In this document: positions 19,601-26,600 of the stretch, piece after piece
Numbering within the stretch: position 1 is the first letter of the stretch
Layout of the letters: each line of letters begins with the position of its first letter
IMG/VR virus record: IMGVR_UViG_3300017917_003607
Span: 32,001 to 96,000 of that record
Source of the DNA: a virus
Direction: 5' to 3' (one strand)
Length of the DNA stretch: 64,000 bases
Position numbers and translations under genes: made by a program
The notes under the pieces: generated by a model
Seen by the model: the letters and a program-made list of their open reading frames with translations, nothing else
What the model was told of the DNA's origin: nothing
Databases searched by the model: none

Positions 19601-19866
19601 TTAGATTGTTGTAAATAAGCCTTTGCAATATAGGCCGCTTCGTATTTAGGGATTTGTGTTTCCACGAATTTTTCAGGAGTTGTTCCACCAAACACTGTTT
19701 GGAATTGGTCAAAATCTGAAATGAAAATAGGTTCAAATGCTGGTCCCTTTAAGGTTTCACCAACAATGCCCAAAGTTGTAACACCTACACTTTGTGCTAC
19801 GAATGATAAATCACGTTCTGAAGTATAAACTCCAGGTGAAACGAATACTTTATTGGATGTTGCCAT
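16693..19866 (-). CDS. tail sheath protein (T4 gp18-like)
   Basis: N-terminal FVSPGVYTSERDLS; C-terminal PWFASAGYTRG, INPIATF, WGNKT, DRINVRRLL, FEQND, EFIDIEF. Confidence 0.95.
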   Translation of the reverse strand: MATSNKVFVSPGVYTSERDLSFVAQSVGVTTLGIVGETLKGPAFEPIFISDFDQFQTVFGGTTPEKFVETQIPKYEAAYIAKAYLQQSNQLFVTRVLGLSGYDAGPSWSIKTIANVSGGSVSQNSSLTEVIVTFTGTTGGTSTIELGSTSSAIFNSDLNRVLSLNNGTSTSISAKLKSLLSGVFATPATSGTSAYVFGTVPDARYDALTGAGWTGITNVYNVPSVKDSLTTYGSRDNDAWYYAQFKPTTGNAYSGYSFISRVNTLSGTTYGVAGQFSGSVSVSGFTQIGTAFTEYNNVVVATLRSRGVSTYTSSVNPVWVVSGTSDVTLDFNSVYSAATFSPYSPFGISGVSNNGTSFEFKVSMDSTDSNYISRVLGLSNFAKPSEQVPLFVEEEFSNLLNYGYKKGYIRGISSNLTSLPSAQDDNGTLTSIGWYLEQYQTPETPYLVSELRGNKVYQLFKFISISDGNAANQEIKISILNISFNNGTFDVGIRAFNDTDANPVYLEKFTNCSMNPNSNSFVGVKIGTSDGEYQQRSKFVMLEINPEAPVDALPCGFEGYSMRNYNGALTPFPTYKTKYFTAGEITFQPPFSSVQRSSGDKINRTFLGLSDTIGYDSEFFDYKGKQTPSDIAEATTSTPWDYKSKGFHMDSGATVVTISSSFSTSGTSAFEVGAASFTSDPTSSTDPYYRLQSRKFTLFVNGGFDGWDIYRKYRTNGDDYVLGGGNYKKGAAPSSQFPDATGWGAFKRIVINNNATDWANTDYYAYLLGQETFANPEATNINVFVTPGIDFVNNSNLVADAIDMIESQRADSLYIMTCPDYDLFAPTSTTPATDLIYPTEAVDNLDTAGIDSNYTATYYPWVLTRDTVNNTQIYLPPTAEVCKNLALTDNISFPWFASAGYTRGIVSSIKARKKLTQDDRDTLYQGRINPIATFSDVGTLIWGNKTTQVAQSALDRINVRRLLLQARKLISAVAVRLLFEQNDDKVRQDFLDSVNPILDSIRRDRGLIDFRVVVTNTPEDLDRNTLTGKIYLKPTKALEFIDIEFLITPTGASFENI

Positions 19867-19903
19867 TATTTTTAATTTTTCTTTTTACGGTTTTATTTTT
19901 ATA

Positions 19904-19911
19904 CATAAATA
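19904..19911 (-). promoter_or_regulatory. putative late promoter variant TATTTATG
   Basis: 37 nt upstream of the sheath ATG. Confidence 0.55.
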
Positions 19912-19991
19912 TTGTTGATTTTTTCAAAAAACTTTGTAACGCATTTATATTTATAAAGTGGTGGGAATAAATTCTGCCTTTTTTCTACCAT

Positions 19992-20162
19992 ATGAAAAAA
20001 ACACCCAAGAAGATAAAAAACATAAAGATTTCTATAGAATCACATCAGATTCTTAAAGATTACTGTAATAAAAAAGGATATAAGATATACGGTTTTTTAG
20101 AAGAACTTATTAAGAATAATTGTAAAATAAAAACCGACCTATATGGTGACCCATTAGATTAA
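19992..20162 (+). CDS. 56 aa ribbon-helix-helix-like DNA-binding protein (not in the track)
   Basis: MKKTPKKIKNIKISIESHQILKDYCNKKGYKIYGFLEELIKNNCKIKTDLYGDPLD*: alternating beta strand, helix, Gly turn, helix; divergent from the sheath gene. Confidence 0.65.
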   Translation: MKKTPKKIKNIKISIESHQILKDYCNKKGYKIYGFLEELIKNNCKIKTDLYGDPLD

Positions 20163-21197
20163 ATCTACTTTAAATAGAATATTTGCATCTTGTCCGACAA
20201 CTTCTTTTGTTACATTAATTCTTAAAGTGTCATTAGTATTAATTTGAAAATAAGTTAAATCGTTCCCAATCAAATTACCATTAATTAAAACTTCATAAGT
20301 CAAAACATTTTCTGTTTTTACTAAATGATAATCGTAGTTAGCACTTACCAAATCAATTAAAGAATTGTTAGAACCTAAAAACTGAAAATTACCAACTATT
20401 GTATTTTCGTTTGGTTGTAATGATGTTGCTTGTCTAGCTCTTGTTTTGGTAGATATATCATACATCGTTAAAACTCTTGAAACCGCAGGAGACACCTCAA
20501 ATTGTTCTTCATCTAACAAAATACCCAACATCTTAAAAGTGTAGTTTTGTATGTAGTATCTTCTTTTTTGTAATTCAACAACGGATTCATCAGAAATCGA
20601 ATCCATTATTATTGGTATGTATCTTCCTTTTATTAATGTATATGCTTGTCTTGAAGAAAATTTTTCCAACACTTTTTTATTGAATGAATTTATTTCTCTC
20701 ATTCTATTACAAAAGATTTTAACTTCATATGTTATATCTACAGGAATTGGTTGTGGTATTTTATATACATCATATCCATTTCTTGTACCATCAAAATTAG
20801 GGACCAATGAGTATTGAAAAAGTGGTCTACCTGGAATTCTATAAGCATTTGCACCTTGATTTGTACCATATGGTGTCTCAGGTTTTCTTATAGTCGCAAC
20901 AAATGGTGGAGAAATATTATTATCCAAATCATTAAAATTCCAAGTTTGAGTAAACTGAGCCCAGTTTTGTGTGGTAATCAAAACGTCAACCGTGTTAACT
21001 TTTTTTCCGTCAACGGATATACCAAGGTCATCTTTTACAAAATCTAACATTCCCCTATCTAAATCCGCATGATAAATACCCTTAGGTAAATAAGTACCAT
21101 CCTTTTGTATTTGTTCTAAAAGCTCTTCTCTTCTCTGTTGTAGAATTTTAGGAGAAGTTAAATTAATCGTTTTTAAAAGTTTTTTTGGAGTTGCCAT
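20154..21197 (-). CDS. tail terminator / sheath stabiliser (gp15-like)
   Basis: IPQPIPVDITYEVKIFCNRMREINSF...F motif; upstream of the sheath gene. Confidence 0.6.
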   Translation of the reverse strand: MATPKKLLKTINLTSPKILQQRREELLEQIQKDGTYLPKGIYHADLDRGMLDFVKDDLGISVDGKKVNTVDVLITTQNWAQFTQTWNFNDLDNNISPPFVATIRKPETPYGTNQGANAYRIPGRPLFQYSLVPNFDGTRNGYDVYKIPQPIPVDITYEVKIFCNRMREINSFNKKVLEKFSSRQAYTLIKGRYIPIIMDSISDESVVELQKRRYYIQNYTFKMLGILLDEEQFEVSPAVSRVLTMYDISTKTRARQATSLQPNENTIVGNFQFLGSNNSLIDLVSANYDYHLVKTENVLTYEVLINGNLIGNDLTYFQINTNDTLRINVTKEVVGQDANILFKVDLI

Positions 21198-21709
21198 TAT
21201 ATACCTCTAAACTCATCTTCACTTACTGGTGTACAAATAAATGTTTTATAAAACGGTTTATAACCACCATAAGTATGTTTATTGTCCGAAACAATCCTAC
21301 CATCATCAGCAACAGAATAATATCTCATTCTACTTTCAGTTTCAGCATAACCAATATAATCACCATATTGTACTTGAACATTTAATTCTTCCAAATGATG
21401 TAAATACACACTAAACTTCATGTTACCAGGTTCTGTTTGAGTTAATCTAGAATTCCCAAACGTAGGATTTTCGGGTGCTAATATTTGAAGGAACCCTTTA
21501 ACCTCAACAGGAGGTAAAAAACTAATTGAGTCTTTTAATGCCTCACCATACACATCGTCTTGATTTGTTTTTGACCTATCTATTCGATATAGTACTACAC
21601 TAAAATTCATATCTCCAAATAACCATTCTTCACCCAAAGAAATATTTAATTGAAAATCTTTCTCTCCAAAAAACCTTGAAATTCGCGTAATTGGGACTTT
21701 GTTACTCAT
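21197..21709 (-). CDS. head closure/neck protein (gp14-like)
   Basis: DDVYGEA and GDYIGY..YYSV motifs; likely start MSNK at 21709, 4 nt after TATTTATC (21714-21721). Confidence 0.6.
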   Translation of the reverse strand: MSNKVPITRISRFFGEKDFQLNISLGEEWLFGDMNFSVVLYRIDRSKTNQDDVYGEALKDSISFLPPVEVKGFLQILAPENPTFGNSRLTQTEPGNMKFSVYLHHLEELNVQVQYGDYIGYAETESRMRYYSVADDGRIVSDNKHTYGGYKPFYKTFICTPVSEDEFRGI

Positions 21710-21711
21710 TA

Positions 21712-21740
21712 TTGATAAATACACTAAAATTGATTATTAT
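21712..21740 (+). promoter_or_regulatory. sigma70-like promoter TTGATA-N17-TATTAT overlapping an opposite-strand late motif
   Basis: Short divergent intergenic region between the neck and helicase genes. Confidence 0.45.
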
Positions 21741-21751
21741 TATAAGGATTA

Positions 21752-23521
21752 ATGTCAGATAATTCACCAATAGAATTAGTTTCACTTGTTGAACAAAAAG
21801 CTCTGAATGTTTTAGAGAACTATAACGGTGCAAATAACTATATACTGAAACTTAAAAATATATACGGACCTAATAAAAAAGGTATTCCAACGAGAAGTCA
21901 ATCTGATTATATTATAACCTATCAAAATACAGTTCCAAAAATAGCTCGTAAGTGGGTAGAATTAGATAGTTATTTTTCTGAAAAAATCGCAAACGAAAAA
22001 TTATACACCGAACCCCCAAAACAAGTTTGGGTAGAAAAGTTATTAGTTGAAAAAGACAAATCATATCATGTGTGGGGTAAATTCCTCGAGAGTGAACAAC
22101 TATCAGAATTTTGGATTCCAAAAGTTGCGATTATTAAAAACCCCGAACAATACTATAAAGAAATAGATTTTTCAAAGTATTCACATAGACCATTATTATC
22201 ACATCAAATAGAAGCGGTAAACAAACTTGTAAGAACAAAAAGATTTATATTAGCGGATGATATGGGATTGGGAAAAACTACATCAACTGTGGTTGCTGCG
22301 TTAGAAACCGAAGCCAAAAAAGTTTTGGTAATTTGTCCTGCATCGTTAAAGATAAATTGGCAAAGAGAAATACAAAACTATACAGATAGACCAACTTTTA
22401 TTTGTGATGGAAAAAAATATGAAGATACTGATTTTGTAATAATTAACTATGATATCATTAAAAATTTTCATGACCCCGAAAATGAAAAAGAATCTTTAAT
22501 ATTAAAAAGTAAATTTGATTTAATAATAATTGATGAGGCACATTACATACAGAATAAATCAGCACAAAGAACAAAATTAATCAATAGTTTTGTTAAAGAT
22601 GTTGATAGATTGTGGTTACTAACAGGTACACCAATGACCTCAAGACCCATGAATTATTATAATCTTTTAAATCTTGTTGAATCACCCGTGGCGGCAAATT
22701 GGATGGCTTACGTTAGAAGATATTGTAATGGATACCAATTCAAAGTCGGAAATAGAAAAATATGGAACGTCACGGGCGCATCAAATTTAGAAGAACTAAG
22801 AGACAGAACATCAAAACAAGTTTTACGTAGATTAAAAACTGAAGTGTTAGACTTACCTGATAAGATTATAACACCTGTATATTTGAGATTAAAATCAAAA
22901 GAATATGAAAATTTAATGGGTGAATATTATGATTGGTATGATAAAAATCCCGATGAAAGTACATCACTAACCGTCCAATTTACAAAACTTACAAAAATAA
23001 GACAGGTAATCGCAAGTGAAAAAATAAACTCAACAATAGAATTAATTGAAAACATTTTAGAACAAGATAAAAAAGTAATAGTTTTTACAAACTTTACAGA
23101 GACATTACACACAATACATTCACACTTTGGAAAAAAATCGGTTTATCTTGATGGTTCTTGTAGTCCAAAACAAAGACAGGACGCGGTAGACAATTTTCAA
23201 AACAATGAAGAAATTAGAGTGTTTGTCGGAAACCTGAAAGCCGCGGGTGTTGGTATTACACTAACCGCGGCTGAGGCTGTTATTATGAATGACTTATCAT
23301 TTGTACCATCAGACCATTCACAAGCTGAAGACAGAAGTTATAGATACGGACAGAAATCAAATGTTTCTGTTTATTATCCAATATTTGAAAATACAATCGA
23401 AGGAGTTATATACGATATACTAAATCATAAGAAAAATATTTTTGAGACTGTAATGGGTGATAATCAATCAAGAGCGGATGTTGTACAAGAAATAATGAGT
23501 CGAATTAATGAACGAATGTAA
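21752..23521 (+). CDS. SNF2-family (HARP/SMARCAL1-like) helicase
   Basis: LADDMGLGKT, DEAH, LTGTP, GVGITLT and QAEDRSYRYGQ motifs. Confidence 0.9.
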   Translation: MSDNSPIELVSLVEQKALNVLENYNGANNYILKLKNIYGPNKKGIPTRSQSDYIITYQNTVPKIARKWVELDSYFSEKIANEKLYTEPPKQVWVEKLLVEKDKSYHVWGKFLESEQLSEFWIPKVAIIKNPEQYYKEIDFSKYSHRPLLSHQIEAVNKLVRTKRFILADDMGLGKTTSTVVAALETEAKKVLVICPASLKINWQREIQNYTDRPTFICDGKKYEDTDFVIINYDIIKNFHDPENEKESLILKSKFDLIIIDEAHYIQNKSAQRTKLINSFVKDVDRLWLLTGTPMTSRPMNYYNLLNLVESPVAANWMAYVRRYCNGYQFKVGNRKIWNVTGASNLEELRDRTSKQVLRRLKTEVLDLPDKIITPVYLRLKSKEYENLMGEYYDWYDKNPDESTSLTVQFTKLTKIRQVIASEKINSTIELIENILEQDKKVIVFTNFTETLHTIHSHFGKKSVYLDGSCSPKQRQDAVDNFQNNEEIRVFVGNLKAAGVGITLTAAEAVIMNDLSFVPSDHSQAEDRSYRYGQKSNVSVYYPIFENTIEGVIYDILNHKKNIFETVMGDNQSRADVVQEIMSRINERM

Positions 23522-23540
23522 AGTTTTGTGGAACTCTATT

Positions 23541-23548
23541 TATTTATA
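23541..23548 (+). promoter_or_regulatory. putative late promoter TATTTATA
   Basis: 14 nt upstream of the SOD-fusion ATG. Confidence 0.6.
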
Positions 23549-23562
23549 ATAAAAGTAGAGAC

Positions 23563-25125
23563 ATGAAATTGAAAAAGTTAGAATCCGAAATTGAAGAACT
23601 ACAAAGTATAATCGAAGGTACCGAAAACACACAAGAAATACTTCAAGAGCAACAAAAAGAAATTATTAACGAAATGAAGAAAATAGGTATTGAAAAATTA
23701 CCTTACTCTTATTCTTCACTCCAACGATTCATTGACCCAAAAACAATGAATATCCACTATAACAAACATTACAAAGGATATGTGGATAAACTAAACAAAG
23801 CATTAGAAAAACAAAAAGACAACGATTTAGACCTCGAAGAGATAGTTAAAGGTATTTCTCGTTTTAGTAAAACCGTTAGAAATAATGCTGGTGGGGCTTT
23901 TAACCACGCATTGTTTTGGAAAATGTTAACACCAAAAAAACAAAAGATTAAAGGTGAAATTTTAGAAAAAATCATTAAAGATTTTGGTTCATACGAAGAA
24001 TTTAAAAAACAGTTCATTGAAAAATCAAAATTAAATTTTGGTTCAGGTTGGTGTTGGTTGGTTATTACAAAAACAGGTAAATTAAAAATTGTAACCACGC
24101 CAAATCAAGACAATCCATTAATGAATGTTATTAAAGATGGCGGATACCCACTTTTGGGGTTAGACCTTTGGGAACACGCATATTATCTTAGATATCAAAA
24201 CAAAAAAGATGAATATATTGAAAAGTTTTTTTTAGTTGTTAATTGGGAATTTGTAAATTCTCTATATACGGCAAAAACCGAGAAGAAATTAAATGAAGAA
24301 AAATTAGTATCACAAATTTTAACAGAAGAACAAAGAAGTATGGGATGTAATTCATCACAAGTGAAACAAATTAACAGATTGTTTTCAACAAACCCACAAG
24401 TAAAATACAAGTTTATGAACACCATTAACACAATATTAAAAAGTGTTTATGCCGAATATTGGAAAGAAAAAGACGAATATGAACCAGGTTCTATGTCAGG
24501 AATATATGATTTTGGTACCAAAGGACGTTCAGTTTTAAATAAACTAAACACAAACTACAGTTCATTTTGTATTTTAATGAACGACCTCAATATTTTTTTA
24601 ATTTCAAAAGAAAAACAACCAATTATGTTCTCTATGAACAATAAAGAACAACAACTACAAGAGGTTGAAAGATTTTGTAACTATTTGGAGTTACTCAAAG
24701 ATAGAATTTTTAATTTGTCTACATCGAAAACATTCCAAGAAATTTTCAAAAAATTAAAAGAGACTGACCAAAGAGGTGAAAAAAGAGAAGACGATACGGT
24801 AATACAACTTAAAAAAATATTCAAAACCGATAAAGTTGAAAAAATTGGTGGTCTTGGGAATGAAGAAGATATGATTTCAGGTGTAGACGCAATTATTGAT
24901 GTTAATGGTGAAAGGAAAACCGCACAAATTAAACCATTTAGTTACACTAAAGACATCTCAGATAATGAAGTTATGGTATTTGGTGCTAGTGCACCTAAAA
25001 AATACAAAACCGATTTTATTGTTTTTAATAACCCAAGTAGAACTTTGGTTTTTAAAAATCAAGGAACAAAAATATTAGACGGAAATTACGTTTTTCCAAA
25101 AGAAAGCGAAATTAAATCTGTTTAA
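23563..25125 (+). CDS. sod: Fe/Mn superoxide dismutase fused to a C-terminal PD-(D/E)xK-like domain
   Basis: LPYSY, HYNKHY, NNAGGAFNH, FGSGW, NQDNP, DLWEHAYY (Mn-type signatures); extra ~260 aa containing EDMISGVD...TAQIK. Confidence 0.85.
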   Translation: MKLKKLESEIEELQSIIEGTENTQEILQEQQKEIINEMKKIGIEKLPYSYSSLQRFIDPKTMNIHYNKHYKGYVDKLNKALEKQKDNDLDLEEIVKGISRFSKTVRNNAGGAFNHALFWKMLTPKKQKIKGEILEKIIKDFGSYEEFKKQFIEKSKLNFGSGWCWLVITKTGKLKIVTTPNQDNPLMNVIKDGGYPLLGLDLWEHAYYLRYQNKKDEYIEKFFLVVNWEFVNSLYTAKTEKKLNEEKLVSQILTEEQRSMGCNSSQVKQINRLFSTNPQVKYKFMNTINTILKSVYAEYWKEKDEYEPGSMSGIYDFGTKGRSVLNKLNTNYSSFCILMNDLNIFLISKEKQPIMFSMNNKEQQLQEVERFCNYLELLKDRIFNLSTSKTFQEIFKKLKETDQRGEKREDDTVIQLKKIFKTDKVEKIGGLGNEEDMISGVDAIIDVNGERKTAQIKPFSYTKDISDNEVMVFGASAPKKYKTDFIVFNNPSRTLVFKNQGTKILDGNYVFPKESEIKSV

Positions 25126-25133
25126 TATTTATA
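25126..25133 (+). promoter_or_regulatory. putative late promoter TATTTATA
   Basis: 4 nt upstream of the ATG at 25138. Confidence 0.65.
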
Positions 25134-25137
25134 ATAA

Positions 25138-26265
25138 ATGGCAGTAATACAAGAACCCGAAAGAAGTAAATTATACAGACGTATCCGTAATCTTCTTGGT
25201 GCACCTGTTAGGGGTGTTGAATTGGAGGACGAACAAATGGATGCATTGTTAGAGTTGGCTATAGGAGACTATACTCAATATGTTTTAAATTGGTTAATTG
25301 ACGCTCAATGGACATCTCTTAATGGTTTGAATTTGGATGAGCGTTCAGTGGCAAATGCTTTGATTACTCGTAGTTTAGATTGGGAAACTCAATACACATA
25401 CGCTTATTCAAAAATAGTAGGGTTACAAGCTGGCGGACCATGGGTATTAAAAAAGGATTATTTTGATTTAGTCCCTAATCAACAATTATACGAGATACCT
25501 GCTGGTAGAGAAATCAATGAGTTGTTATGGTTTCAAAGAGCCGAATTAAATGACACGTTTTTTGACCCATTTATGGGTGGATTGTATGGGTTTGGAGGTA
25601 CTGGATTAGGAGGTCCTGCAGGATACTCACAGTTTGGTGTTGGTGGTAGTTATTTTATGATGCCAGCATTTGATGTTCTGTTGAGAATGGCGGACAGAAA
25701 TATAAAACAGAGAATCATAATTGGTGATTTAACTTATAGAATAACCGCAGCTCCTGATGGTAAAAAAATAGTTCATTTGTACAACGTACCTGGTGGGAGA
25801 TTTGATTTTTCAAACATTTCTTTTAATAAATACAGATGTTGGTATTGGTATTATGATACTACAGATGCAGATAGAGATGATTGTTTGAAAAAAAATCCAG
25901 ACATTGTTAAACTACCTTCAGATGTTCCTTTGGATGAATTAAGTTGGTCTGAATTGAATACTCCCGCACAACAATGGGTGAGACGTTGGTTTACCGCCTA
26001 TTGTAAAGAAACCTTATCACGAATTTGGGGTAAGTATCAAGGAAATATTAAAACACCCGATTCTGAACTTACTTTGGATTATGCATCATTAGCCACTGAG
26101 GCTAAAGATGAAAAATTAAAATTAATGGAGGATTTAACGGGTCCTGAAGGCACTCTCACAAGGCTCAGACCTGACAAAGTCATGGAAAGAGAGGCTTTAA
26201 TTGCTGAAAACTTAAATAAACAACTTAAGTTTAGAGCTTTTCCTGGTAATTTTTATGTAATATAA
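25138..26265 (+). CDS. neck / head-tail adaptor protein (gp13-like)
   Basis: LGAPVRGVELEDEQMD N-terminus and WVRRWFTAYCKETLSRIWGKY C-terminal motif. Confidence 0.7.
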   Translation: MAVIQEPERSKLYRRIRNLLGAPVRGVELEDEQMDALLELAIGDYTQYVLNWLIDAQWTSLNGLNLDERSVANALITRSLDWETQYTYAYSKIVGLQAGGPWVLKKDYFDLVPNQQLYEIPAGREINELLWFQRAELNDTFFDPFMGGLYGFGGTGLGGPAGYSQFGVGGSYFMMPAFDVLLRMADRNIKQRIIIGDLTYRITAAPDGKKIVHLYNVPGGRFDFSNISFNKYRCWYWYYDTTDADRDDCLKKNPDIVKLPSDVPLDELSWSELNTPAQQWVRRWFTAYCKETLSRIWGKYQGNIKTPDSELTLDYASLATEAKDEKLKLMEDLTGPEGTLTRLRPDKVMEREALIAENLNKQLKFRAFPGNFYVI

Positions 26266-26600
26266 TGGCAGTTTTACGAAGTATACCATCAAAAAAAATA
26301 GTAAATGGTCACGAGATAACCACATCAGAAAATTTACTAATATCAGAATCATTTTACAAAACAAATGGTGAATATGCAATTGTAATAAAAGGAGTTGATT
26401 TCTGTGAATTAATTTTAAATAGTGATACTTCAGACCACGTTGTTGTAAAAGCTTTGACACATGTTTTAATTAAACCCGATAAAAACAAAATTGATGAGGA
26501 ATACGATGAAGTAGAAATCAACAAAGGTGCTTGTGTCGAGTTCTACTTCATGGGTGGTTGTTGGTATATCCTTTCCTCAGACGGACTCAAATTGAGTTAA
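26265..26600 (+). CDS. hypothetical beta-rich protein
   Basis: 111 aa, coupled (TAATG) to the neck gene. Confidence 0.7.
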   Translation: MAVLRSIPSKKIVNGHEITTSENLLISESFYKTNGEYAIVIKGVDFCELILNSDTSDHVVVKALTHVLIKPDKNKIDEEYDEVEINKGACVEFYFMGGCWYILSSDGLKLS

